64,000 nt of DNA from Pseudolabrys sp. (lineage in GTDB: Bacteria; Pseudomonadota; Alphaproteobacteria; Rhizobiales; Xanthobacteraceae), in NCBI GenBank assembly GCA_035571935.1, contig DATNBL010000015.1:4771-68770 (forward strand), in the 5' to 3' direction. Below are positions 18,140 through 28,294 of the stretch, piece after piece (position 1 is the first letter of the stretch; each line of letters opens with the position of its first letter). The notes under the pieces were generated by a model. It did no database searches and had not been told where the DNA came from. It saw only the letters and a list, made by a program, of their open reading frames with translations. Position numbers and translations under genes: made by a program.

Positions 18140-19501
18140 TCACCCCGGGAGGCCAGCGGCGGCCAAAGCAGCGGCCTGCCGGGACGCCACCTGCCCGACC
18201 GAGAAGGCCTCGATCGCCTCATTGAACAGCCGGTAGAAGTTCAACTCGGCCGCCAGGTGCAGGAACACCGCGCCGAGCCCGATGGCGGCGCGGTCCATGA
18301 ACACGAATTCGCGCGGCACCGTGACCGGCCCCTTTTCCTTGAGCGCCTGGTGGACGCGGAAGGCCTCGCGGCGCCCATAGTCGGACGGCTTGACCCCGTC
18401 GGCGATGGTGCGGACGCGGTCGTCGAGCAGCGGTCCGTAGATGAATCGCGCCCAGATGTTGAGCGTGTCGATGATGTCGCGCGACAGCCGCTTGAAGCCC
18501 CAGGTCTCGTAGGCATGAACGATGCGGGCCTCGTCAGCGTGGAGAAGGCCCTGGTAGAGGTCCACCACGCCGCCGACGAAGGACGGCGGGAAGATGCGGA
18601 TGCAGCCGTAATCGAGCAGGTTGATGCCCGCCGGGCCGCCGTCGTCCGTGAAGACGCTGTAATTGCCGAGATGCGGGTCGCCGTGGATGACGCCGAAGCG
18701 GCTGAACGGGAACCACCACGCCGTAAACATTGCCGACGCGAGCCGGTTGCGCGTCTCGAGCGCGTCGTCCTTGTGCGCCAGCATGCGCGTGCCCTCGCAC
18801 CAGTCGAGCGTCAAAAGGCGCCCGGTCGACAGCTCCGGCCAGACGTTCGGCACGCGCACCGCCACCTCGTCCTTGAGCATGTGCTGGTAGAGCGCGACGT
18901 GCTTGGCTTCGCGCGCGTAGTCGAGTTCCTCGCGCAGGCGCGCGGCGATCTCGACGCCGATCTCGGAGGTGTCGATCGCCGGGTCGAAGCGCTTGCGCAG
19001 CGAGAGCAACAACTGGAGCTGGTTGAGGTCGGCTTCGACCGCCGACTGCATGTCCGGGTACTGGAGCTTGCAGGCGAGCGGCGCGCGGGACAGCGCCACG
19101 GCGCGGTGCACCTGGCCGAGCGAGGCGGCCGCGGCCGGCTGATGCTCGAAGGACGAAAACCTCGCCTGCCAGTCGGGGCCGAGCTCCGCGCCCATTCGGC
19201 GTTTGACGAAGGCCCAGCCCATCGGCGGCGCCTGGCTCTGCAGTTTCATCAACTCCGAGGCGTATTCCGGCGGCACCGCGTCGGGAATGGTGGCGAGCAG
19301 CTGCGCCACCTTCATGATCGGACCCTTGAGGCCGCCGAGCGCGGCGGCGAGCGCGACGGCGTTGCCCTCGCGGCCGCCCTGCGCGCCGACCAGCCGCTGC
19401 CCGGCAATGCGCGCGGCAACGCCGCCGACGCGCGTGCCGACCGAGGCATAGCGGCGGGCGCGGGCGGAGAAGCGGTTGCGTTCGGAGTCGGAGGGGGGCA
19501 T
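18140..19501 (-). CDS. ABC1/UbiB/AarF atypical kinase family protein
   Basis: KGPIMKVAQ, AAASLGQVH, CKLQYP, EELDY..E, HGDPHLGN, LLDYGC. Confidence 0.93.
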   Translation of the reverse strand: MPPSDSERNRFSARARRYASVGTRVGGVAARIAGQRLVGAQGGREGNAVALAAALGGLKGPIMKVAQLLATIPDAVPPEYASELMKLQSQAPPMGWAFVKRRMGAELGPDWQARFSSFEHQPAAAASLGQVHRAVALSRAPLACKLQYPDMQSAVEADLNQLQLLLSLRKRFDPAIDTSEIGVEIAARLREELDYAREAKHVALYQHMLKDEVAVRVPNVWPELSTGRLLTLDWCEGTRMLAHKDDALETRNRLASAMFTAWWFPFSRFGVIHGDPHLGNYSVFTDDGGPAGINLLDYGCIRIFPPSFVGGVVDLYQGLLHADEARIVHAYETWGFKRLSRDIIDTLNIWARFIYGPLLDDRVRTIADGVKPSDYGRREAFRVHQALKEKGPVTVPREFVFMDRAAIGLGAVFLHLAAELNFYRLFNEAIEAFSVGQVASRQAAALAAAGLPG

Positions 19502-19581
19502 GGGCGGCAGCGATGACGGTTTCGCGTCACCGCTATATAGGCCCCCGTGACCGCAATGCGAGGGCCGACGGCGTTTCGGCG

Positions 19582-22095
19582 TCAGCCCGTGTCCGTCGGA
19601 GGTGCGACCGCGACAACTGCAGCCGAGTCCGGGAATAGAACTGACGCGATCTCACGCACCGCCGCAATCTCGGTTGCATCGCGACCGGGGAACGGCGGCT
19701 TCTTCGGGCCGGGGCTCGGATCGGTCGGCGCGCGGACCACGGCGACGCGATCTTCGCGGCCGACCACGCCATGCAGGCAGTGGAATCCCAGTGCGCGATA
19801 CACCTCGAATTGCTCCTCGGTGAAGAACTGGTCGCCTGTCGTCTGATGGGGGAAGCTGGAATAGCGGCGCTTGTATTCGACGACGTAGTTCGACTCGTCG
19901 CCTGTCAACGACGCCTTGACGTAAAGCAGCCTGCCCTCGCCGCCCGGATAGAAAATCTTGCCGATCGCACAGTGCGGGCCGCGCTTCGAACAGAGCGCGC
20001 CCGGATCGCCGCGGGATTCGATCTTCTTGGACGCGGCAAGATTGGCGGCACGAATTTCCTTGATCGGAATATCGATCCGAATTCCGAGATCGATACGCGC
20101 GTAGCGCTCCAGCCGCACCAGGGATGTGAAATTCAGATCGGGATCCGCCTCACCGTCGATGACCACGATCAGGCTGCAACGGCGGCGCAGCAGCTCATAG
20201 ACGCCGAGATTTTCGATGTGGCCGCCGTCGGTGACGTAGACGTATTTGCGGTTTTCGTTCAGCTGACCGAACATCTCATAGAGGAAATAGGGCGTGATCT
20301 CCGTCCGCCGCACGATCGACGACAGCATCTGCTTCGGATTGCGGAGCCAGTAGCCGAGACGGACGTTCAGCAGTGCAAGCGAGAAGGTCCAGCCGCGAAT
20401 GCTGGCGCTTCCCATGTTCGAGGATGCCGCGGCGCCCGAGATCGCCATGGCCGTCGCAAGATCGATCTGGCTCGACTGCTTCTCGAGCATGTCGGTCGGA
20501 ACGTACCCGGTCGCTTCGCTGCCGACGAAAAGCTTGCTGAACAGGAAGAAGTCCGCGTTCCGCCCCCGGCGATTGGCGGATTTCGAGGCCTGCAGATTGA
20601 GGGCGCAATTGATCAGATGGTACGGCGACTTTATGGGGTCGAGCTCGGTCAGCTTGAAGTGGTCGAGCGTGGGTATTTCCTGGTCCGGCTCGCTCAGCGC
20701 TTCGAGAGGCTTGACGAGAAACGCCTTGCTCAGCCGGTCGCGGTACAGCCGGTGCAGCGAATTGGCGTTGGCGTTCAACGTGAATGCAAGCGCGGTCAAT
20801 ACGCCCGCCACGGTCAGTAGCAACAGGATCACCGATCGTGCGTCTGCGCTCAGGTAGGGTGGCGTGGCAAACGCGATTAGATCGACATACGACTCGAACA
20901 AACCCGCAGCAGCGCGCAACGCGGAGGCCTTAATGGCGGCACTCGCGATAACCCAGTAACTCAATTCGATATAGATCAACCACAGGAGCGCCGGCACGAC
21001 CGCCGCCGCGACATAGATCGCGAGCTTACTCGCGAGGCTTGCCGCCTTCTTTCCGAACGTCGACGTCTCAGTCGTGGTCTTGATCAGCCACTGCAACTTG
21101 TTGCCGAGCATTCCAACGGTGACCGCGATCGGGGTCAGCAGCACGATCAGATAATGAACCCAGCCGGCAAATTGATCATTCCCGATCGCATTTCCCGTGC
21201 CCGCCTTTTTCGCAGCAGCGAACATAGTTTCGAGAATGACGGACTGAAGGCCGGCGAAGAACAGAAAAACAACTGCGACCAATGCGACCGCGAACGCGGT
21301 TGGCAAAAATCCAGGGACTTCCGGTGCGCCCTTTCGCGAATTGAGAGAGCGGTAGATTGCCCAGACCACCAGACCCAACACAAAGGCCAGTAAGTCGTAC
21401 AGCGGTAACTTGAAATAGCCGTCAAAGAAGACCTTGGTGTGGTCCACCCAGAACGCCCAGAGCATCTTGAGGACGCCCGATCGGGTGAGATGATCGTGGG
21501 TCGGGTTGAAAGCGAATGTCACCATCACCGCCAGGACGAGCCACGGTGAAACGGCGAGAGCACTTGCGGCGAGCCCGCGCAAATAAATGCCGATGCTGCG
21601 AATGACATCGAACTGACCATGCGGGATCAGGTAATTCGAATAGTCGCGGATATGCTGGAGCGTCGGTCGCTCGTCGCGACGGATTTCGCTGGGAAAGGGA
21701 ACCTTCCCGTCGAAGGCGCTCATGCCCGCAGTCAGGGAACAGCCGATGTACCCGCCGCCTGAGACCGTCGAAAGGTAATCGATCCGCGGCATGGCGCCGG
21801 CGACATCGAGTGCCTGCAAGGCGCCAAGACAGAAGGCCGCCGATCGAACCCCGCCGCCGGACAGCGCGACGCCGACCGTATTCCAGACGGGTTCTTGGCT
21901 CGACAATTTGGATTCGGGAGATGCGGGCCCGAATGAGAAAGGCGCCACAGCACTACGGCCATAGTGACGGCGCCGGTCGCCGATCAGCGCGTGTTCGGCC
22001 GCGCAAACATCTTCGACCAGGGCGGGCCTGCCTTTATGCAGCAAGCCTTGCGCAAAGCCCTGAATCGCACTGAGCGGCTGAGAAAAGAACGTCAT
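19582..22095 (-). CDS. Large multi-TM patatin/cPLA2-like phospholipase
   Basis: ALSGGGVRSA oxyanion loop, LSTVSGGGY nucleophile, TDGGHIENLG Asp, about 7 TM in between; GC below flanks. Confidence 0.85.
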   Translation of the reverse strand: MTFFSQPLSAIQGFAQGLLHKGRPALVEDVCAAEHALIGDRRRHYGRSAVAPFSFGPASPESKLSSQEPVWNTVGVALSGGGVRSAAFCLGALQALDVAGAMPRIDYLSTVSGGGYIGCSLTAGMSAFDGKVPFPSEIRRDERPTLQHIRDYSNYLIPHGQFDVIRSIGIYLRGLAASALAVSPWLVLAVMVTFAFNPTHDHLTRSGVLKMLWAFWVDHTKVFFDGYFKLPLYDLLAFVLGLVVWAIYRSLNSRKGAPEVPGFLPTAFAVALVAVVFLFFAGLQSVILETMFAAAKKAGTGNAIGNDQFAGWVHYLIVLLTPIAVTVGMLGNKLQWLIKTTTETSTFGKKAASLASKLAIYVAAAVVPALLWLIYIELSYWVIASAAIKASALRAAAGLFESYVDLIAFATPPYLSADARSVILLLLTVAGVLTALAFTLNANANSLHRLYRDRLSKAFLVKPLEALSEPDQEIPTLDHFKLTELDPIKSPYHLINCALNLQASKSANRRGRNADFFLFSKLFVGSEATGYVPTDMLEKQSSQIDLATAMAISGAAASSNMGSASIRGWTFSLALLNVRLGYWLRNPKQMLSSIVRRTEITPYFLYEMFGQLNENRKYVYVTDGGHIENLGVYELLRRRCSLIVVIDGEADPDLNFTSLVRLERYARIDLGIRIDIPIKEIRAANLAASKKIESRGDPGALCSKRGPHCAIGKIFYPGGEGRLLYVKASLTGDESNYVVEYKRRYSSFPHQTTGDQFFTEEQFEVYRALGFHCLHGVVGREDRVAVVRAPTDPSPGPKKPPFPGRDATEIAAVREIASVLFPDSAAVVAVAPPTDTG

Positions 22096-22173
22096 GGTAC
22101 GCCCCCGCTACCACCACACGGAATGATAGCAGCGTTTCAGGGCTATACAACTATTTCGTGCGCAACAAAGGCG

Positions 22174-24021
22174 CTAAGCTTTCTCGATCCCCTCCAATTC
22201 CGCGATCAGCCCGGCCACCACGCTCAGGCCCCCGTCCCAGAACTTCGGGTCGCGGGCGTCGAGGCCGAAGGGCGCCAGAAGCTCGGAATGGTGCTTGGTG
22301 CCGCCGGCCGAGAGCATTGCGAGATAGCGCTCGGCAAAGCCGGAGGCCGACTTCTCGTAGACGGCGTAGAGCGAGTTCACCAGGCAATCGCCGAAGGCAT
22401 AGGCGTAAACGTAGAACGGCGAATGCACGAAGTGCGGGATGTAGCACCAGAAGGTCTCGTAGCCGGGCTTGAGCTCGATCGCCGGGCCCAAACTCTCCGA
22501 CTGCACCGACATCCACAATTCGCAGATCTTGTCGGCCGTCAGCTCGCCGTTGCGGCGCTCGAGATGCACCTTACGCTCGAACGAATAGAACGCGATCTGC
22601 CGCACCACCGTGTTGATCATGTCCTCGACCTTGGCGGCGAGCATGGCCTTGCGTTGCTTCGCGTCCCTGGTTTCGGCGAGCAGTTTGCGAAAGGTCAGCA
22701 TCTCGCCGAACACGCTCGCCGTCTCGGCAAGCGTCAGCGGCGTCGGCGCCATCAGCGGCCCGTTCGGCGCGGCAAGCACCTGGTGCACGCCGTGGCCGAG
22801 CTCGTGCGCGAGCGTCATCACGTCGCGCGGCTTGCCCATGTAGTTGAGCAGCACATACGGATGCGCCGACGGCACGGTCGGGTGCGCGAAGGCGCCCGGC
22901 TGCTTGCCGGGCCGCGCCGGCGCGTCGATCCATTGCTTATCGAAGAAACGGCCGGCCACTTCCGCCATCTTCGGCGAGAACGCGCCGTAGGCGGTGAGCA
23001 CGGTCGCGCGCGCGTCGGTCCACGAGATCGTGCGCTGCGGCACCTTCGGCAGCGGCGCGTTGCGGTCCCAGTGCGGCAGGCTCTTCTTCCCGAACCACCG
23101 CGCCTTTAACGCGTAATAGCGATGCGACAGTTTCGGATATGCGGCGCGCACGGCCGCGACCAAAGCCTCGACCACCTCCGGCTCGACGCGGTTGGAGAGA
23201 TGCCGCTGATCGGCGACGTCTTTGAAGCCGCGCCAGCGGTCGGAAATCTCCTTGTCCTTGGCGAGTGTGTTGGTGATCAGCGCGAACGGACGGAGATTCT
23301 TCTTGAACGTCGCGGCCAGCGCCTCGGCCGCGGCCTTGCGCTTCTTGCCGTCGGCGTCCTGCATCAGGTTCAGCGTCGGCTCGATCGGCAAGTCCTTGCC
23401 GCCGATCCTGAAGCGCAAGCCGGCGATGGTCTCGTCGAAGCTGCGGTTCCACGCCGAGTAGCCGGTGGTCGACTTCTCGTGGAAGAGTTGCTCGACGCGG
23501 TCCTCGAGCTGGTACGGCTTCTCCTTGCGCACGTCCTCAACCCACGGCCGGTAATGTTCGAGCGCGGGATCGCGCATTGCCGCCTCGAGCACGGCATCGT
23601 CGATGCGGTTCAGCTCGAGCGCGAAGAACAGCAGGTGCACCGAGGCGTTGGTCAGCCGCTCCTGCACGTTGCCGTAGAACTTGGCGCGCGCCGGATCGCT
23701 GTTGTCACCGGCGTAGAGTAGCGACGCGTAGGAGTAGAGCCGGCCGAGCCGGTCGTCGATCGCCTCGTAGCGCTTGACCACCTCGGCGAGCTTCGCGCCG
23801 CCCTGCCCGGCCAGCGCCGCGAGCCTGCCCTTGAAGTCGGCCTCGAAGGCCAGGCAGTCGGCGTCCGCCCCGTCGAGGTCGCGCTTGAGTGCGGGGTCGT
23901 CCATGCCGCGGTAGAGGTCGTCCAGGTTCCATTCCGGCAGGCGCCCGAGCTTCGGATCGGGCTTCGCTGCGGCTTTGGGCTTCGGCTTTACGGCAGACTT
24001 GGCGGCAGAACGGGCGGGCAT
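22174..24021 (-). CDS. pepF: Oligoendopeptidase F (M3B)
   Basis: W.L.DLY, K.PGAF, TLAHELGHGVH, AETAS.FGE, PHF...FYVYAY. Confidence 0.95.
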   Translation of the reverse strand: MPARSAAKSAVKPKPKAAAKPDPKLGRLPEWNLDDLYRGMDDPALKRDLDGADADCLAFEADFKGRLAALAGQGGAKLAEVVKRYEAIDDRLGRLYSYASLLYAGDNSDPARAKFYGNVQERLTNASVHLLFFALELNRIDDAVLEAAMRDPALEHYRPWVEDVRKEKPYQLEDRVEQLFHEKSTTGYSAWNRSFDETIAGLRFRIGGKDLPIEPTLNLMQDADGKKRKAAAEALAATFKKNLRPFALITNTLAKDKEISDRWRGFKDVADQRHLSNRVEPEVVEALVAAVRAAYPKLSHRYYALKARWFGKKSLPHWDRNAPLPKVPQRTISWTDARATVLTAYGAFSPKMAEVAGRFFDKQWIDAPARPGKQPGAFAHPTVPSAHPYVLLNYMGKPRDVMTLAHELGHGVHQVLAAPNGPLMAPTPLTLAETASVFGEMLTFRKLLAETRDAKQRKAMLAAKVEDMINTVVRQIAFYSFERKVHLERRNGELTADKICELWMSVQSESLGPAIELKPGYETFWCYIPHFVHSPFYVYAYAFGDCLVNSLYAVYEKSASGFAERYLAMLSAGGTKHHSELLAPFGLDARDPKFWDGGLSVVAGLIAELEGIEKA

Positions 24022-24088
24022 GAAGGAGTCCGTGGGCTTGATCGGGCGCGGGGCCTGAATATCGGGCGCGGCGGGCGGCGGTTCAACC

Positions 24089-24104
24089 GGTAACGCGCCG
24101 TTAA
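24089..24104 (-). promoter_or_regulatory. CtrA-like binding site in the pepF/sigma54-activator intergenic region
   Basis: Minus strand TTAA-CGGCGCG-TTACC versus consensus TTAA-N7-TTAAC; GANTC sites at 24026 and 24143. Confidence 0.55.
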
Positions 24105-24168
24105 GCCTGCGGGGCCAGAGTGCGCCAATTCGGTACAGGTTTGAGTCCTGTCAGTCCCGGAGTGCTCG

Positions 24169-25650
24169 ATGCCCGACACCGTCCTCATCGCCGACGACGA
24201 TCCGGTCCAGCGCCGCCTCGTCGAATCCCTGGTCCAGCGGTTCGGCTACGAGGCCATCACGGTGGAGGGCGGCGACGCCGCCGTGCGCGCGATCACCGGC
24301 GACGGCGCCCGGCCCATCGACTGCCTGATCCTCGATCTCGTGATGCCCGACCTCGACGGCCTCGGCGTTCTTGCCCGGCTGAAGGACGCCGGCGCCGACG
24401 TGCCGGTCATCGTGCAGACCGCGCATGGCGGCATCGACAATGTCGTCTCGGCGATGCGCGCCGGCGCCACCGACTTCGTGGTCAAGCCGGCAAGTCCGGA
24501 ACGTCTTCAGGTCTCGCTCGCCAATGCGCTCGCGACGCGCCGTCTCGCCGGCGAATTGCTGCGCGTCCGCAAACAGCAGGACGGCACCTTCTCGATCTCC
24601 GATATCGTCACCCGCTCGCCGGCCATGGGCCCGGTGCTGCGCGCCGCCGAAAAGGCCGCCGCCTCCGCCATCCCCGTGCTGATCGAGGGCGAGTCCGGCA
24701 CCGGCAAGGAATTGCTGGCCCGCGCCATCCACGGCTCCGGCGCGCGGCGCGCCAGGCCCTTCGTCGCCGTCAACTGCGGCGCGCTGCCGGAGAACCTCGT
24801 CGAGTCGATCCTGTTTGGCCACGAGAAGGGCGCCTTCACCGGCGCCACCGAAAAGCACGCCGGCAAGTTCGTCGAGGCCGACGGCGGCACGCTGTTCCTC
24901 GACGAGGTCGCCGAACTGCCGCTGCCGGCGCAGGTGAAGCTACTGCGCGCGTTGCAGGAGGGCGAGGTCGAGCCGGTCGGCTCCCGCAAGCCGGTCAAGG
25001 TCGACGTGCGCATCATCTCGGCGACGCATCGCGACCTGATCGCCGACGTGAAAGCCGGCCGCTTCCGCGAGGACCTGTTCTATCGCCTGCACGTCTTCCC
25101 CGTCACGGTGCCGCCGCTGCGACGCCGGCCGGAGGACATCGCGCCGCTGACGCGGCACTTCCTCGCCCGCTTCGCGGCGGAAGAAGGAAAGCGCGTGCGC
25201 GCCGTCTCGGCCGAGGCGATGGCGCTGCTCGCCGGCTTCCGCTGGCCGGGCAATGTGCGCCAGCTCGAGAACGCGGTGTTCCGCGCCGTCGTGCTGGCCG
25301 AGGGCGAACAGATCGGCGCCGATGAATTCCCGCAGGTCGCCGCGCTCGTCGACACCGACGCGGCGCCGACGCAGCCGTTGATGCCGCCGCAGCCTGTGAT
25401 GCTGACCGATTGGCCGAGCGAGCCGCGCAAGCCCGCCCCGGCGGCGTTGCACCTCACCGACCCGGCCGGGCACGTGCGCCCGCTCGAGGAGATCGAGCGC
25501 GAGGTCATCCGCTTCGCCATCGCCCACCATCACGGGCAGATGTCGGAAGTGGCGCGGCGGTTGAAAATCGGCCGCTCGACGCTCTACCGCAAGCTCGAGA
25601 GCCTGGGCCTGGAAGGCGAGAGCCATCCAGCGGTCGACGAGGTAGCGTGA
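24169..25650 (+). CDS. tacA: Sigma54-dependent response regulator (REC-AAA+-Fis HTH), TacA-like
   Basis: GESGTGKE, GAFTGA, FLDEV, WPGNVRQLEN, EVARRLKIGRSTLYRKL; tacA name inferred from divergence from pepF and the CtrA-like box. Confidence 0.85.
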   Translation: MPDTVLIADDDPVQRRLVESLVQRFGYEAITVEGGDAAVRAITGDGARPIDCLILDLVMPDLDGLGVLARLKDAGADVPVIVQTAHGGIDNVVSAMRAGATDFVVKPASPERLQVSLANALATRRLAGELLRVRKQQDGTFSISDIVTRSPAMGPVLRAAEKAAASAIPVLIEGESGTGKELLARAIHGSGARRARPFVAVNCGALPENLVESILFGHEKGAFTGATEKHAGKFVEADGGTLFLDEVAELPLPAQVKLLRALQEGEVEPVGSRKPVKVDVRIISATHRDLIADVKAGRFREDLFYRLHVFPVTVPPLRRRPEDIAPLTRHFLARFAAEEGKRVRAVSAEAMALLAGFRWPGNVRQLENAVFRAVVLAEGEQIGADEFPQVAALVDTDAAPTQPLMPPQPVMLTDWPSEPRKPAPAALHLTDPAGHVRPLEEIEREVIRFAIAHHHGQMSEVARRLKIGRSTLYRKLESLGLEGESHPAVDEVA

Positions 25651-25657
25651 GGGTGCT

Positions 25658-25755
25658 TGTCGTCCCCGCGAAAGCGGGGACCCATACGCCGCAGCGTCTC
25701 ATGCCGGCTGCGGCGCATGGGTCCCGGGTCTCGCTGACGCTCGCCCGGGACGACA
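25658..25755. repeat. REP-like heterodimeric palindromic element
   Basis: TGTCGTCCCCGCGAAAGCGGGGACCCAT-spacer-ATGGGTCCCGGG...CCCGGGACGACA. Confidence 0.85.
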
Positions 25756-25967
25756 GACAGCCCCGTTAACGTCAACGCCCGCGCCTTTACCTAAAATCTT
25801 AATCACGCGCCGCGCCGTTAGCTTTGATGCCAATTAGACGGCGCGAGGCGGCGAAATTGATACATTGCCCGGCGCGTCCGTCGCATAATGCGGACGCCCG
25901 GAAAGGGCCTCGCGGTTAATGGGCCGCGGTGCATTTTATTGTTCGTCGCGTGTGGTGGAGTTGGATT

Positions 25968-27911
25968 ATGCGTGCGTTCCGGTTCGACCGAATGCTGGCC
26001 GGCACCGTCCTGGCCGCGGCCGTCGCCGTCCCTTCGCTCTCACCGGCGGCGCCGCGCGTCGAAACCGTCTATCCCGCGCCGCCGTCGCTGAACGGCCGCG
26101 TCATCCGTCATCACGAGCCGGTCGAGGCGCCGCCGGCGGCGACGCGCGCGCAGGCGCAGCCGCGCGAGGCCGCGCCGCTGCCCCCGCCCGCTCCGCAGCC
26201 CGCCGCCACGCGGCCCGAGCCGGCGCCCGCGCCGGCGCGCGAGGCCGACACAAAGAGCGGAATCGATCTCTCCGGCGCGCTCGACCGCATGTTCTCGGCA
26301 AGCGACGCGCAGATCACGCCGAAGCTCAAGGAGTTCGTCACCTCCAAGCAGTTCGACAAGCGCGTCGAGCGCCCGGCCGACCGCCGCGCCATCGAGGTCT
26401 TCTACGCCGCGCGCGGCTACGCGCCGCTGTGGATCCGCGACGGCCGCCTCACCACGCAGGCCAAGACCGCGATCGTCACGCTGAAGAGCGCCGCCGATGA
26501 CGGCCTCGACGCCGCCGATTATCCGGTGCCGGAATTCGGCACCATCAACGGCGCCGACGCGCTCGCCGCCGGCGACCTCAGGCTCACCGAATCCGTCCTG
26601 ACCTATACGCGCCATCTCGCCGTCGGCCGCATCGCGCCGACGCGCGTCAGCGCCGAGGTCGAGTACGGCGACCACACACCCGATCCGGACGACGTCCTGA
26701 AGAAGCTTGCCGGCGCGACCGACATGGCCGCCGCGATCGAGGGCTACAACCCGCCGAGCCAGGGCTTCCGCGCGCTCAAAGCCAAGCTCGCCGAACTGCG
26801 CGGCGCCAAGGCTTCCGCCGAACCCGACCAGGGCCGCATCCCCGACGGGCCGGCGATCCATTTCGGCAAGAAGGACGCGCGCGTGCCGGCGCTGCGCGAC
26901 AGACTCGGCCTGCGCGGCCATGCGGACGACACCACCTACGACAAGACGCTCTACAACGCGGTGCGCGCGCTGCAGTACCGCAAGGGCATGAAACCGACCG
27001 GCATCGTCGATAATCGCACGATCGCCGCCATCAACGGGCCTAAGCCCGGCGACATCGTCGCCCGCATCCGCGCCAACATGGAGCGCTGGCGCTGGCTGCC
27101 GCGCAACCTCGGCTCGACCTACGTGATGGTCAACATCCCCGACTACACGCTCAAGGTCGTGCATGACGGCCGCCAGGTGTGGACGACCAAGATCGTCTCC
27201 GGCAAGCCGCAGACGCCGACGCCGCTCGTCTCGGCGCCGATGCAGCACATCATCGTCAATCCGTCGTGGTACGTGCCGCAGTCGATCATCCAGAACGAGT
27301 TGCTGCCGCTCTATGCCAGTGATCCGCAGATCTTCGACCGCATGGGCCTCGAGGTGAAGCAGGGTCCGGACGGCCACATCAACGTCGTGCAGCCTCCGGG
27401 CGCCGCCAACGCGCTCGGCCGCATCAAGTTCGCCTTCCCGAACAAGTTCCAGGTCTACCTGCACGACACGCCGGAAAAGAAGCTGTTCGGCTACGACCGC
27501 CGCGCCTTCAGCCACGGCTGCATGCGCGTCGAGGATCCGACCAAGTTCGGTGAGGTGATGCTGTCGCTCGCCATGGCCGGCCCGACGCCGAACGAGAAGC
27601 AGCTCGACCGCATGTTCGGCCAGGACGAGAAGACGTTCAATCTGCAAAAACAGCCGATGGTGCACCTGACCTACCAGACGGTGTACATCGACGATGCCGG
27701 CAAGATGCACGTTGACGAGGACCTCTACGGCTTCGACGCGCGCATCCATTCGATCCTGCACAGCGACGAGCGCCGCGTCGCCGATGTCGCGCCGCCGCAG
27801 GATCCCAAGCGCGACCTGTCGACCGACAAGGCGAACCAGGAGATTCTTCGCCGCGTCGAGCGCCGCGAGGCGCAGAACCCGTTCGCGTTCTTCGACAAGC
27901 TGTTCAGGTAG
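25968..27911 (+). CDS. L,D-transpeptidase (YcbB/LdtD-type with scaffold and PG-binding domains)
   Basis: Signal peptide; NMERWRWLP, VNIP, NPSWYVP, NALGRIKF.FPN, YLHDTP, FSHGCMRV. Confidence 0.94.
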   Translation: MRAFRFDRMLAGTVLAAAVAVPSLSPAAPRVETVYPAPPSLNGRVIRHHEPVEAPPAATRAQAQPREAAPLPPPAPQPAATRPEPAPAPAREADTKSGIDLSGALDRMFSASDAQITPKLKEFVTSKQFDKRVERPADRRAIEVFYAARGYAPLWIRDGRLTTQAKTAIVTLKSAADDGLDAADYPVPEFGTINGADALAAGDLRLTESVLTYTRHLAVGRIAPTRVSAEVEYGDHTPDPDDVLKKLAGATDMAAAIEGYNPPSQGFRALKAKLAELRGAKASAEPDQGRIPDGPAIHFGKKDARVPALRDRLGLRGHADDTTYDKTLYNAVRALQYRKGMKPTGIVDNRTIAAINGPKPGDIVARIRANMERWRWLPRNLGSTYVMVNIPDYTLKVVHDGRQVWTTKIVSGKPQTPTPLVSAPMQHIIVNPSWYVPQSIIQNELLPLYASDPQIFDRMGLEVKQGPDGHINVVQPPGAANALGRIKFAFPNKFQVYLHDTPEKKLFGYDRRAFSHGCMRVEDPTKFGEVMLSLAMAGPTPNEKQLDRMFGQDEKTFNLQKQPMVHLTYQTVYIDDAGKMHVDEDLYGFDARIHSILHSDERRVADVAPPQDPKRDLSTDKANQEILRRVERREAQNPFAFFDKLFR

Positions 27912-27938
27912 CCGACACAGCGGCCGCCACCTCCACAG

Positions 27939-28049
27939 CGTCATGCGCGGGCTTGACCCGCGCATCCATAATGAGGCTCCGCGCGCCAAGCCGTACGGCC
28001 CTGCGCGCGGAACAGCCACATGGATTGCCGGTCAAGCCCGGCAATGACA
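27939..28049. repeat. REP-like heterodimeric palindromic element (CGTC-tagged)
   Basis: CGTCATGCGCGGGCTTGACCCGCGCATCCAT-spacer-ATGGATTGCCGGTCAAGCCCGGCAATGACA. Confidence 0.85.
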
Positions 28050-28218
28050 GCGCTGGAACCCAAGTCCCCCGCCCCCGCCACAATTGAAAAACGCCGGTTG
28101 GCGCGGTGTCATAAGACCGAAGTTCCTTCGCTCCTGCCGCGGCCGCGCCCGCGCGCCGGCCATTTTCCGCCATGCTTCAACGGTAAAAGGCCTCATTCCC
28201 GGGGGGACGACGAGCCCG

Positions 28219-28234
28219 TCAACAGCTCGTTAAC
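28219..28234 (+). promoter_or_regulatory. CtrA-like binding site upstream of the DUF882 gene
   Basis: TCAA-CAGCTCG-TTAAC, 8/9 match to consensus. Confidence 0.5.
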
Positions 28235-28294
28235 CGATCCCGTCAACACTCGATAAGCCGTTGTTGCGACGAGGTTCCTTCGCCGCGACGGCGT

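Noticed and set aside
19541-22107. GCCCCCG on both sides of the patatin/cPLA2 gene as a possible target-site duplication
   Set aside because: Only 7 bp, GC-only, with no terminal inverted repeats or recombinase; expected by chance
25824-25838. TTGAT-N4-ATTAG as a FixK/FNR box upstream of ldt
   Set aside because: Second half-site matches only 3/5; insufficient support
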